The notes under the pieces were generated by a model that was not told where the DNA came from, made no database searches, and saw nothing but the letters and a program-made list of their open reading frames with translations. A stretch of 59,049 nucleotides of DNA, the filler included, from Barthelona sp. PAP020 (taxonomy: Eukaryota), in NCBI GenBank assembly GCA_040182905.1. It is 2 parts of 2 records of this genome, joined end to end, with 100 filler letters (N's around TTAATTAATTAA, not from the genome) between each part and the next. Parts side by side here need not be neighbours in the genome. Positions count along the whole stretch, not along the records: positions 1 to 29,475 come from JARQWU010000117.1; 1 more part is not named here. One strand, given 5' to 3'. Below, in pieces: positions 9,965 through 19,923 of this stretch. Every line of letters starts with the position of its first letter. Position 1 is the first letter of the stretch. The translations under genes and the position numbers were made by a program.

Positions 9965-11497
9965 ATGGTGTTTAATTTCAACATTGGGATTTTTGGGCAT
10001 GTTGATCATGGGAAAAGTTGTCTTGCGAAATTGATATCGACAACAGCTTCAACTGCTGCCTTTGATAAGCATCCATCCAGTCAAGCACGAGGAATTACAC
10101 AAGATTTGGGATTTTCTGCGTTTAAAATACCCACACCAGAACATTTGGCAAATCAAATTGAAGAAGAAGAAGTTCAAGTTACTGTTGTTGATTGTCCTGG
10201 TCATGAGAATTTTATTCACACTATTATTTCAGGGAGTGCTATCATCGATTTAGTTTTATTGGTGATTGACGTTTCTGAAGGTGTGAAACCTCAAACATTG
10301 GAAGCGATTATTTTGGCTAACTTAATTAATAAACCTTGCATAATTGTCTTGAATAAAATAGATTTGATTCCTCAAAAGAGTTTGATGAAGAAATTGCAAT
10401 CGGCTCAAAGGCGTTTGCAACACAGTTTAGCACAGTTTGAAAATTTTTCAAATGTTCCTTTTGCTGCTACTAGTTGTGTTTCTGGATTTGGAGTTGACAA
10501 ATTAATAAGTTTAATTGGATCACAAGTATATATTCCAGAGAGAATTTATGAAGGATATTTTGAGTTCTTAGTAGATCATTGTTTTCAACTTAAAGGCAAA
10601 GGAACTGTACTTACTGGCACCTGTACACATGGATCAATAAATCTTAACGATCCTATCAATGTCAATGGTCAGAGTTTCGATGTCAAAGGATTGCAGGTAT
10701 TTAAACAACCTGTGGAATCAATTAAAGCTGGTGATAGAGCAGGAATTTTAGTAAAAGGATTAAAATCTGATTCAATTGAACGAACAATTGTCGCTGATCA
10801 TCTTCAATGGACGTCTTCAATGATGTTACGAAACATTGAACCTGTAATCCATCACAATCGTGAATTGAGAACCAAAGCAAATTATCATTTCACAATTGGA
10901 AACCAAACAGTACTTGGGAGTGTTTTATTTCTTGATGGACAATCAAATGTTTTACCTTTGGCTGCAAAAGGATGTTATGCATATGTTCATTTTCAATCTC
11001 AAGTTTTGGCAAGGAATGACATGAATATTTTGGCATCTCGTCTTGATTTGACGAATCAATCTGCAACTGAAGGCTGTCGTTTCGCTTTTCAAGGTGAAAT
11101 ACATGATGTTTCTGTTGATTTGAGCACCTTTTTTATTTATGAAGATATGTATCACTTTGGTAAAGTTACAAGAGTTGGTGTTGATGGAACAGTTCAATGT
11201 GAAGGTTTGACCAGAAAAGATTCTGACATGGCATTGTTTGAGGGAAGAAAAGTATTATTTTTATCAGAAAAAGCAGCAGTTTTACCCATTGATCCCACGA
11301 TATTGGACAATATTGACCTCAAAAGTTGTGTTGAAGGTATTATTATCGGAAAGCATGGTGCTTCTTCAAAGAAATTGGTTATTCAATCTTCTCAACCAAT
11401 AGAGCAAGATCAAGTTGTTGTTTTACCCCAAAGAAGCAAATTGAATGTTGCATTGCGTGAAAAAGGTGCAAAGTTTGATTTGCATAAGTGTGATTGA
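9965..11497 (+). CDS. EEFSEC: Selenocysteine-specific elongation factor (eukaryotic eEFSec/SelB)
   Basis: NFNIGIFGHVDHGKS, ASTAAFDKHPSSQARGITQDLGFS, VDCPGH, NKID, VDHCF..GKGTVLTGT, AGDR, ASRLD and CRFAFQG all match the eEFSec pattern. Confidence 0.93.
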   Translation: MVFNFNIGIFGHVDHGKSCLAKLISTTASTAAFDKHPSSQARGITQDLGFSAFKIPTPEHLANQIEEEEVQVTVVDCPGHENFIHTIISGSAIIDLVLLVIDVSEGVKPQTLEAIILANLINKPCIIVLNKIDLIPQKSLMKKLQSAQRRLQHSLAQFENFSNVPFAATSCVSGFGVDKLISLIGSQVYIPERIYEGYFEFLVDHCFQLKGKGTVLTGTCTHGSINLNDPINVNGQSFDVKGLQVFKQPVESIKAGDRAGILVKGLKSDSIERTIVADHLQWTSSMMLRNIEPVIHHNRELRTKANYHFTIGNQTVLGSVLFLDGQSNVLPLAAKGCYAYVHFQSQVLARNDMNILASRLDLTNQSATEGCRFAFQGEIHDVSVDLSTFFIYEDMYHFGKVTRVGVDGTVQCEGLTRKDSDMALFEGRKVLFLSEKAAVLPIDPTILDNIDLKSCVEGIIIGKHGASSKKLVIQSSQPIEQDQVVVLPQRSKLNVALREKGAKFDLHKCD

Positions 11498-11633
11498 CCA
11501 CTAGAATTTTTGACATTTCAAATTTTTATCTTTATGCTCATCAATTTAGTTATTTGTGTATCCTTTTGCCTTTTTAAAAAGCAAAAGAAAAAAAGAACAG
11601 AATAAAAAACGAGTTTGTGTATTTTTTTATTTG

Positions 11634-13265
11634 TTAAAGAACAATGAGATCATCATCATCCTCATCAAATTCCATATCTGGGTCACTTTCATCCTCTTCG
11701 CTGTTTTCATTTAATGGAACCATAATATTATAAAAATTGGGGAACAAAAGTTGTTCCAATAATAATTGATGCAGAAGCTTTTGGCGATAATATGGCGTGA
11801 TTAAATTGGGATCAAATTTTGGTTTAACAAAAGGAAAATGTGACGAGTTTAAAGAAAAAAACTCAGCAAATGCGAGTAAAAATAAACCACAATCATCATA
11901 ATTATTTTGTTGTGGACAGCGTTTACCAGGGACAACATAATTAAAATTTCCAAAGTTTTCCAAGCATTTTGAATATTCAACCCAGGAATTAATTGTTTGA
12001 ATAACGTTTCTACTCCCAAAATCCATATTAAAATTAAATAATTCATTAAAAGAACACGGCTTAGCAGTACCTTTGAAATTACTCAAAGAATCGAAATAGC
12101 TGATAACTTTAAACCGCAGATTAATCACAAGTAATGTCCAATGACTGCCTAAATGAATTGGAATTAAAATCTTATCAAAGTTTTGAATATTTTGACGTTG
12201 AACATAACGTTCAACAGCTTGAATACCATTATCTCGTAATCTGGGATAAAAGAAAGTATTAAAAGCCACGCAACTTGGAATTGGTTCGATATTTGCAGGT
12301 AATGAAAAGGGTGACTCATCAATTTTGTGTTTAGCAAAATTGGTGGGATGACTAATTTCAAATTTAGATGTATCATAACGATTAGAGTCTAATCCACATG
12401 TACAAAGCATAAAAAGCATGGAATTAACAACAGAATCATCAATCCATTTCCCATTCAACAACTTATTTAAGCTATCTTTCGAAATAGGAGTTCTAAAAAT
12501 ATCTTTCACAATATAATTGTTGTAAACATATCTATCTGTCAACAAATTTAGCTTCTCTTCAACGTAGGCTGTTGATTCATTGGGAATGTTTTCAAAATAT
12601 GTTTCTGAGGGAATAAAAACATTGCGTTGAGGCATATAAATTTCTTCTTCCATTTGTATGCTTTCTTGTTGTCTAAAACGTCGTATTCTTTCGCTTCGAA
12701 CACCAGAATATTTCGGTATTGTTGAATGCAATGGTGTAATCGTTGGAATTCTATTTTTATCCGTCATCCTTAATGATTCAAAGGATTCAGTTCGTGATTC
12801 AACAAAACTTGATGTTTTCACGGGAGTAACAAAATTTTCATCATAACCATCAAAATCCAATTTAGAAGGAAATCGCTCTTTTCTAATGGCAGGAGTCATA
12901 AATTTGAAGGGAGGAGTGGGAAAATTCTCATCATTTACAATTTCAGATTCTTTCACTATTGATTCTGACATTTTTCCAATGGTAGATCTTTTTACGGGTG
13001 TAAAAATTCCTTTTTTGGCCATCTCCCTTCTTTCATTCATAGTCAATCGTACAGTCTCTGATTTTTGAAATTTAAAGTTAACTTTTGGAGTCATTAATTC
13101 TGACATGTTGTATGAATTCTTAACTTCATTTTTGATCATAATTTTACTATCAATGTTAAATTCATTATCGTGCACACTGTCATCATCCTTCAAAGTGGGT
13201 GATCTTTTTTTGGAAAAAATGGAGGATAAAACAGAAGGAATAACATTCTTTATACCCTTCCACAT
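11634..13265 (-). CDS. Ulp1/SENP family SUMO protease (peptidase C48)
   Basis: WIDDSVVN, FNTFFY, IPIHLGSHWTL, YFDS and PQQNNYDDCG give the His/Asp/Cys triad; long low-complexity N-terminus. Confidence 0.92.
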   Translation of the reverse strand: MWKGIKNVIPSVLSSIFSKKRSPTLKDDDSVHDNEFNIDSKIMIKNEVKNSYNMSELMTPKVNFKFQKSETVRLTMNERREMAKKGIFTPVKRSTIGKMSESIVKESEIVNDENFPTPPFKFMTPAIRKERFPSKLDFDGYDENFVTPVKTSSFVESRTESFESLRMTDKNRIPTITPLHSTIPKYSGVRSERIRRFRQQESIQMEEEIYMPQRNVFIPSETYFENIPNESTAYVEEKLNLLTDRYVYNNYIVKDIFRTPISKDSLNKLLNGKWIDDSVVNSMLFMLCTCGLDSNRYDTSKFEISHPTNFAKHKIDESPFSLPANIEPIPSCVAFNTFFYPRLRDNGIQAVERYVQRQNIQNFDKILIPIHLGSHWTLLVINLRFKVISYFDSLSNFKGTAKPCSFNELFNFNMDFGSRNVIQTINSWVEYSKCLENFGNFNYVVPGKRCPQQNNYDDCGLFLLAFAEFFSLNSSHFPFVKPKFDPNLITPYYRQKLLHQLLLEQLLFPNFYNIMVPLNENSEEDESDPDMEFDEDDDDLIVL

Positions 13266-13397
13266 ATTATTTTGTTATCAATGACCATTAATAAATGGTA
13301 GAAACGGCTATAAAAGAAAGAAAAATTTATGAATGGAAAAATTTACAAATTTTCATTTCTTCTTTCAGTTCTATTTTTTAAGGCTCGGTTTTTTAAA

Positions 13398-13791
13398 ATG
13401 GTATTGTGTATTTGATTATCGATATAAGTACTTGTGATAATTTATAAGTGCATTTTCTTCATATCTTATTTGTTAAATTATTGAATTCATCAACTAACAT
13501 TTTTAGGTTGTTTACCCAACAAAAGCTAACAAGTTCTGTCCTTTTTGCAACAAACATACACCTCATAAGTTATCTGCTGCTTCCAGAAGACCTATTGGAA
13601 AGAGAAGATTAGGTCAACGTCGTTACGAAAGAAAGCAAGCTGGTTTCGGTGGTCAAACTAAGGAAGTTTTCCACAAGGATGCCAAAATTACCAAAAAGAC
13701 TGTCGTCAAGTGTGAATGTTCAGCTTGCAAGAAAAAATGGCAATTCGGTGTCAAGCGTGGCCGTTTCCAACAAGTCAACAAGAAGAAATAA
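13398..13791 (+). CDS. RPL36A: 60S ribosomal protein eL42 (L36a/L44), 2 exons: 13398-13400 and 13507-13791, 95 aa
   Basis: Not in the ORF track. Spliced translation MVVYPTKANKFCPFCNKHTPHKL...GQRRYERKQAGFGGQTKEVFHKDAKITKKTVVKCECSACKKK has two CxxC pairs and the GGQTK motif. Confidence 0.95.
13401..13506 (+). other. Spliceosomal intron (106 nt) directly after the eL42 start codon
   Basis: ATG|GTATTG...CAACTAACATTTTTAG|GTT; its removal supplies the only in-frame ATG. Confidence 0.88.
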
Positions 13792-13959
13792 TCTCTTTTC
13801 GGGTAATGACATGGTTGCTCTTTATAAAGCCGTTGCTGTTTAGTTATTTTTTGTTTGGATAAATATTGGATTGTTTGATAATGGCTGAAAGGTTTTTTGT
13901 TGTGAATACTTGTCTCATAAAAATGTTTAAAATGAAAAATTACCGATTGACATTTATGT

Positions 13960-16128
13960 TTATTTAGATTTCTTGGAAGACATGGTTCTTTTAGTTCTAC
14001 GACGATTACTGTATGTACCATAGAAAGATGCTTCATTACCAATTGTGTCTGGTGCAATTCTACTTGAACCCACCAAAGAAGAAACGAAACCAACAGCAGG
14101 TGGATATTTGGCATCAATATCGACACCACGATATATGGCATTGGCAGAGTTAAGAGTAAAATTGGTACCTGTAGGGTTTTCACGAATTTCTTCCAATTGT
14201 TTATTGATGTCATCCAAAATTTGAATTTTTTGATTGATTACTCTCACTGTATTCTTGAAAGGAGAATTTTCTGTGGACAAAGTTAAGAAAACGACAAAAA
14301 CGGTATTGTCTTTCTTCAACAATTTGGCTTCAATTTCATTGGTCAAAATACTTTGTTTAACCAAAATACTGACATCTTTTTTGGACAAATCAAACATCTT
14401 AACCAATTGATCAAAAGAAATGGAAACAATAGTGGTGTTTCCAATCAAATATAATCTCAAAGCTAATTTCTTGATGTCTTTGATAAATGATTCTTTTGTC
14501 TTTGTGGGGTTTTGGAAATATTTCCACATATTGAATTTTTCCAAAATGTTGACAACTTTTTCCCAATCATAATTGATGAGAGCTGCAGCAGAACAAAAGA
14601 TGTGATCTCTTGATGTTTCAGGAGGCCAAATAGCTATTTGACGATTGAAATAATCCAAATGTTTTCTAAATGTGGATGAATGAACCGAACCATCAGGATA
14701 TTTGGCTTGTAAAGGCAAATCACTGAAAAAACAAGAACAATAATAGATAGACTCAAGTAAGTCCATTTCAAAATGCATAAACTTAGGAAGAGCAACTCTA
14801 ATATCCTTAGCATCATTCTGAGGACTTAAACTGCTTTGTCCAATCAAAGCATGACAACGAATTGTACCAGTGTATGGATTAATAGAATATAATTCTTCAA
14901 GGAAATGGAAACAATCAGCGTATAAACCAGTAGAAAAAGCTGAAATGGCAAAAGCTGTTAAACAGCGATGATATGCAACTTGCAACTTCAACATGATATT
15001 TTCTGAGAATTGTAACACACTGTGATGAATAGGAGTATCAACGTTGAATAACACATCATGGATATGAGCATTAAGTAAAAGAGTTTTGGCTTCGAAATAT
15101 CTATCATCCATAGCCAAACCGAAGCAATAATATAATATGGCCTGATAATAGGTGACACTACCGTCAATCATACAACACTTGAAATATTTTTCTAAAGTCT
15201 TTGAGTAACCAGGAGAAGCTAAATGATGATGGAATTTAAGATAAACAACAGATAAAGATGCTTTAACAGCTCTAGAACGACTCTTTGCTTCCTTACGGTC
15301 TTCAACAAATCTGAAGTAATCCTCAATAGTGTCAAACATAGAATAGAAATATTCATCAAAATATTTAACTAAATATTTCATCTTTCCTAAATATTTAACT
15401 GCAGGGGCTTGTAAATATTTATAAATTTCAAAGAGTTCTTCACCCATTCTAACAACATATGAGGGAATAGATTCGATGAAAATAGGTACATCCAAAGGTT
15501 CTTTTTTGCAATCAATAGTCTTTGCTTTTTCAATAATGGTGTTGATATCCTTACCAATTTCAAAAAGAAACTCAAATGCTTCATCAGAATGTGTGTTGAC
15601 AATAGAATCCATTCCACACGTGACAATTTGATGTAAGACTTGCAATTCTCTTCTTTCATCTGGAACTTTCTCCAAAAGTGATTTCAAATTTTCATAAATA
15701 GACTTACGTGAACTAACCTGTGCACGATTTCTCTTTTTCATCAAAGAATTGAACTCTTCATCAAAAATTTGTTCGTCAGTCATTTTCACTTCCAAATCAG
15801 CAGAAAAGAATTGATCAGCATCTTTTTTCTTTTTTTGAATACGTCTTTCTTCAACATAATCTGCTTCATCAACCTTGGTTGTTTTTTTTAACCATTTTAA
15901 TCTGTTTGCCGCACGCATTGCTTCATATTCCGCTGCAGACATTTGAGATTGATCAACAATTTCAACATCTTCTTCAATATCTGACTCAGACTCATCTCCA
16001 GCAGCTTCAAATTCGTCTTCTTCATCTTGATAAAAGACAAATTTGTGAACATCTTTAGGATTGAATTGCAGATGTTCAAAGAACACATCTAAGAACTTTT
16101 CAACATTTGCTTTAACAGCGTCAGCCAT
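13960..16128 (-). CDS. EIF3C: Translation initiation factor eIF3 subunit C (Nip1)
   Basis: LPKFMHFEMDLLESIY, FRKHLDYFNRQ and PPETSRDHI..A...YDWEK lead into a PCI domain (SISFDQLVKMFDL). Confidence 0.88.
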   Translation of the reverse strand: MADAVKANVEKFLDVFFEHLQFNPKDVHKFVFYQDEEDEFEAAGDESESDIEEDVEIVDQSQMSAAEYEAMRAANRLKWLKKTTKVDEADYVEERRIQKKKKDADQFFSADLEVKMTDEQIFDEEFNSLMKKRNRAQVSSRKSIYENLKSLLEKVPDERRELQVLHQIVTCGMDSIVNTHSDEAFEFLFEIGKDINTIIEKAKTIDCKKEPLDVPIFIESIPSYVVRMGEELFEIYKYLQAPAVKYLGKMKYLVKYFDEYFYSMFDTIEDYFRFVEDRKEAKSRSRAVKASLSVVYLKFHHHLASPGYSKTLEKYFKCCMIDGSVTYYQAILYYCFGLAMDDRYFEAKTLLLNAHIHDVLFNVDTPIHHSVLQFSENIMLKLQVAYHRCLTAFAISAFSTGLYADCFHFLEELYSINPYTGTIRCHALIGQSSLSPQNDAKDIRVALPKFMHFEMDLLESIYYCSCFFSDLPLQAKYPDGSVHSSTFRKHLDYFNRQIAIWPPETSRDHIFCSAAALINYDWEKVVNILEKFNMWKYFQNPTKTKESFIKDIKKLALRLYLIGNTTIVSISFDQLVKMFDLSKKDVSILVKQSILTNEIEAKLLKKDNTVFVVFLTLSTENSPFKNTVRVINQKIQILDDINKQLEEIRENPTGTNFTLNSANAIYRGVDIDAKYPPAVGFVSSLVGSSRIAPDTIGNEASFYGTYSNRRRTKRTMSSKKSK

Positions 16129-16203
16129 TTAAAGTGATGGTTAAAAAAAAAAATTAGAAAGGAAACATTTCACGTTTGATTATTTTTTGAAAAAAATACA
16201 ACG

Positions 16204-17331
16204 ATGAGTGATTATACTTGGCCTTTCATTTACGCATATTTAAGTTCTGAAATGATTCATGTTTTGGAACAAAGATTGGTTATGAAAAATATTCCTCCAA
16301 ATAAGATATCTAGAGCCTTGAAAGAGTTGGCTTTCACTATATTTGATCCATTGAATATAGATGAATATATGGAACCTCAACAACCTTTTGATCATGTTGT
16401 TACCGCGCGACTTTTTGGGCAAATTGCTAATTCTTCCATTGTTAAGCTGAACGAAGATTCTCTTTCTCGTCTATTTGATTTAATGATAATGGGGATGAAA
16501 AGAGACATTGTACAATGTGATTATCCAACAGATGTTTTGATTATTATCCGAAACAGATTGACTTTATTACGTTCAAAGATTGATCATGCACCTACTATTT
16601 ATCGTATTGAATTGGTTCTTGCCAGATTATCGGGTCTTTCAGAGTCCTTTTCATTTTATCAAAAGATGATGCTTCGTGGTAGAATTTTGAACTGGGTTTT
16701 AGATTTCAAGATGAAAGTATCTATTCTTATTCAAGAAGAGGCTCAAGATGGAAGTGGTAACACTATTCTTCAGGTCAAGAATGGAAGACCACATAATTGT
16801 GGACCTTTAGGTGAGTTCACAACCAGCAGTGATTCAAAAATTATTGTTCCACTTGTTTATAATCAAATGTATGGTGATAAGGTTTCCGGTGAAACACTGT
16901 TGGGAACGTACAACGTGTATTTGAAATTTCATAATGCTAATTCTAGCAGTTCCAGTTCAAATCTTACACCTTCTGGGGCTGACTTGAGCATGATAACCAA
17001 TAATGAAAGTTCTGCATGGGAAATATTAACTGAGCACTTGAACAATCAAAAGGATCTTGTTACATCACCAACTGTAACAGCTGGTGTTGCTTTAAGAACA
17101 ACATTAGAGCAATTGGCAGGAGGAGAGACTGAAAACGAGGAATTCAATTTGTTTGTTGATGAGGAAGTTGAAGAGCCTGATGAAGTTGTTTCTGATGCCA
17201 AGAGGATTTTGGATGATATGAAAGCTTTCAATACAGAATATCAACAAGCAGCAAATGTCGATGGTTTTGAAAATGTTGATATTTCAGCTGATGTGGGCAA
17301 TGATCTTCTCGATTTGATGGATGGGTTATAA
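16204..17331 (+). CDS. OSCP1: OSCP1 family protein
   Basis: PFIYAYLSSEMIHVLEQRL, IANSSIVKLNEDSLSRLFDLMIMGMK, KVSILIQEEAQD and C-terminal DLLDLMD match OSCP1. Confidence 0.88.
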   Translation: MSDYTWPFIYAYLSSEMIHVLEQRLVMKNIPPNKISRALKELAFTIFDPLNIDEYMEPQQPFDHVVTARLFGQIANSSIVKLNEDSLSRLFDLMIMGMKRDIVQCDYPTDVLIIIRNRLTLLRSKIDHAPTIYRIELVLARLSGLSESFSFYQKMMLRGRILNWVLDFKMKVSILIQEEAQDGSGNTILQVKNGRPHNCGPLGEFTTSSDSKIIVPLVYNQMYGDKVSGETLLGTYNVYLKFHNANSSSSSSNLTPSGADLSMITNNESSAWEILTEHLNNQKDLVTSPTVTAGVALRTTLEQLAGGETENEEFNLFVDEEVEEPDEVVSDAKRILDDMKAFNTEYQQAANVDGFENVDISADVGNDLLDLMDGL

Positions 17332-17436
17332 ATTGTCGTGTAAATTCTTTGTTTTTAAATTGGGACGAACAAACAAGAAATGTTCAAAAAAATTCACATT
17401 TATTACGAAATGACAACAATAAAGACTATTAGTTTA

Positions 17437-18087
17437 TTAATTTAAATTGAGAAGATACATGTTATTTTGTCTTTCTCTGCCCATTTTAGTTGAAGGTCCA
17501 TGGCCACATATTAAATCCGTGTTTAGAGGCAAAATGTCTACTACCTTCTTTAAAGTTTCCATAAAATCGCTTGGAGAAGAATCCCAAAGATCGACTCTTC
17601 CTACAGCACCTCTAAAAATTACATCGCCCATAATTGCAAACTTATCACTTTCAAAAAACGTAACAATAGATCCAGGAGAATGTCCAGGGGCATGAATAAA
17701 CCTTCCGACACCAGATCCAATTTGAATGGTATCTCCCTCTTTGACTAAAATATCAGGATCAGGTAAAGCTGTTGAAGAACTAGCCATACCAAATTTTCTG
17801 GGCTGATTGTGCATATCCCTCCATAATTTAAGTCCATCTTCGTGAACAATAATTTGAGCATTTGGAAAGTCATTTTTAACATCACCAGCTGCTGCAGAAT
17901 GGTCAAAATGGCTGTGAGTAGATACAATATACTTTAAATTAACGTTAAATTTTTCAACAAACTTTTTCACATACATTGCACTTCCACCAACATCAAAAAT
18001 TGCCGCGTCTTTAGTTTCCTCATCAAAAACAAGCACACAATTTGCTTGAAGAGGAGGAACAGCCATGACTTCGTATTTTAAACCCAT
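17437..18087 (-). CDS. Metallo-beta-lactamase fold hydrolase, glyoxalase II-like (YcbL/GloC type)
   Basis: THSHFDH (HxHxDH), PGHSPGS, GDVIFRGAVGRVDL and GHGPST. Confidence 0.92.
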   Translation of the reverse strand: MGLKYEVMAVPPLQANCVLVFDEETKDAAIFDVGGSAMYVKKFVEKFNVNLKYIVSTHSHFDHSAAAGDVKNDFPNAQIIVHEDGLKLWRDMHNQPRKFGMASSSTALPDPDILVKEGDTIQIGSGVGRFIHAPGHSPGSIVTFFESDKFAIMGDVIFRGAVGRVDLWDSSPSDFMETLKKVVDILPLNTDLICGHGPSTKMGRERQNNMYLLNLN

Positions 18088-18192
18088 TGTTTGATCAAAA
18101 AAAAAAGAGAAGAAGGTGTCTCAAACAATTCAGAATTTGTGCAAAAATGTAACAAAAAAAACAAACATAAATTACTTATTTACATATTCAAT

Positions 18193-19638
18193 TCATTGAA
18201 AACCAGGCATTCCTGGTTGAATAGCGGGTTGAATACCAGGAGAGGGTTGAATACCAGGTTGAGGATTTGGATAAGAAGGTTGAATACCAGGAGAGGGTTG
18301 AATACCAGGTTGAGGATATGGATAAGAAGGTTGAATACCAGGAGAAGGTTGAATAGCAGGTTGAATGGCAGGTTGAACATGAGGTTGTCTATAGGCAACA
18401 TCAGAGTTATATCCATTTTGATAATTTTGATTGATATTATTGTTGTAATGAACACCATTGTCAATTATTTGATAATCGGAAGCAATTGAAGAGGAACCAC
18501 TGCTACTACAACGACCACTACAAACACAATAACAAATTCCCACAATGATAACAATAACGACAATAACGGCAATTATTGGACCAAGACCACCTGGAGATCC
18601 AGATGATTTTAAAAATGAAGGCACACTAGCAATACTGTGACTGACATAACGACCATAAATGTAATCTCCTTGTAAAGGACCAGCCAAATCATAGCTTTCA
18701 GTCATTTTAAATGAAGCACCAAATGTGTTAACAACATTTGAAAGCATAGAAACTTTTTTGAATGCAGGAGTTGTTTTACTAAAATACACAATGGAACTTC
18801 CACCAGGGAAAGTAACATAAACATCATCATAGTATGAGACCTGAATTGTGGGATATGAATTCATTGATTTGAATACATAAGTGGAAAGAATAGAACTCAT
18901 ATCGTATTTTAATTGATAAAGATTAAATTGACAAAGTGCATAGACATAGGAATTAGAAAATCCCATTGCTTCACAAGAATTGGGAAGTCCACTAAAAATG
19001 TATGAACTGAAAGATTTTGTTGCAAATGTACTGACAATAGTGTAATCAACCAAATCAACACTGAAAGAGTTTCCACAGAAAGAAAGTATAGCTTTTCTTT
19101 GAACATCGATAGGTCTGCAGCTGCTACTAAAACCAGAATTAACATAATATTTGGTGGAATAAAGAGTTGCTTCAATATAAATGGTAGCATATTTTGAGGT
19201 GGTTGAATATGTAGGCCTACTAGCAACAAAACCAGTGATAGAAGTTCCAGAAGCGTCAACGTCAAACTTTCCATATCTACAATCAACACTTCCAAGACAA
19301 TCTTTTGGCAATGTGAAAGTCTTTTTTAATTTGCATTGGTTATCATACACTGCAATGTAAGTTCCAAAATTCAAGATCAAATCACCATATTTGTTGACAC
19401 CAGGTTGAGAATAGAATTTTCCAGGAACAGAACAGATTTGAACTGGGGGTTTATTGTACTTGAACAATAAAACATTACCATTGGTAAAATCATTAACAGC
19501 AAAATAATAATTACTGGCCCCAATTTTGTAACTGTGAATGTCACTTGTTGAAGTAATTGCGCGCAAATAAGTATTATAGCTGTATGTGTCAGCATAACAA
19601 CATACAAGTATTAATGAAATGAGGAAAAGAACCTTCAT
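18193..19638 (-). CDS. Type I membrane protein: signal peptide, beta-rich ectodomain, single TM, Pro/Gln-rich cytoplasmic repeats
   Basis: ATG at 19638 gives MKVLFLISLILVCCYA signal peptide; TM IIAVIVVIVIIVGICYCVC; tail of QPGIQPS repeats. Confidence 0.82.
   Translation of the reverse strand: MKVLFLISLILVCCYADTYSYNTYLRAITSTSDIHSYKIGASNYYFAVNDFTNGNVLLFKYNKPPVQICSVPGKFYSQPGVNKYGDLILNFGTYIAVYDNQCKLKKTFTLPKDCLGSVDCRYGKFDVDASGTSITGFVASRPTYSTTSKYATIYIEATLYSTKYYVNSGFSSSCRPIDVQRKAILSFCGNSFSVDLVDYTIVSTFATKSFSSYIFSGLPNSCEAMGFSNSYVYALCQFNLYQLKYDMSSILSTYVFKSMNSYPTIQVSYYDDVYVTFPGGSSIVYFSKTTPAFKKVSMLSNVVNTFGASFKMTESYDLAGPLQGDYIYGRYVSHSIASVPSFLKSSGSPGGLGPIIAVIVVIVIIVGICYCVCSGRCSSSGSSSIASDYQIIDNGVHYNNNINQNYQNGYNSDVAYRQPHVQPAIQPAIQPSPGIQPSYPYPQPGIQPSPGIQPSYPNPQPGIQPSPGIQPAIQPGMPGFQ
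18215..18375. repeat. Coding tandem repeat, 51-bp unit built from GGTTGAATACCAGG subunits
   Basis: 18227-18277 and 18278-18328 differ at one base; a partial third copy and degenerate shorter flanking units encode the PGIQPS/QPAI repeats. Confidence 0.9.
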
Positions 19639-19923
19639 CACAAAAAAAAATAAAAATAAAAAGTTTGTTAGAAAGAACAAAAAAAGGATAAGATACATTC
19701 AGTGGACATTTATTTTCAGTATTTGAACCAAAGTGTTTCTCTGGTTGTCAATTATATGCCAAAATAAGATTGAAAAATATTTGGAAACTCTTTCTTTGCC
19801 TCTTAATGAATGACTCAGCAAACATTTCTTCAGTTGATAAATTGAAAGCTCTCCCAAAACAGCAATCTTTCTCAGAAATCTCTATTGAAAAAAAATTGAA
19901 AGACTAATTATTTATACCAAACA

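Noticed and set aside
13401..13506. Intron-encoded snoRNA in the ribosomal protein intron
   Set aside because: Only an imperfect C box (GTGATAA) and no CTGA D box.
13800..13895. ATGA...AAA hairpin in the eL42 3' UTR resembling a SECIS element
   Set aside because: No correctly placed 3' GA for the non-Watson-Crick quartet, and eL42 has no in-frame TGA.
13649..14213. ORF-track entries 13649-13843 (+) and 13653-14213 (-)
   Set aside because: Off-frame or antisense shadows of eL42 and eIF3c.
18091..18489. Repetitive ORFs 18091-18489 (+) and 18180-18464 (-), and a CRISPR-like look of the repeats
   Set aside because: Alternative frames of the coding Pro/Gln repeat; no unique spacers and no cas genes in a eukaryotic context.
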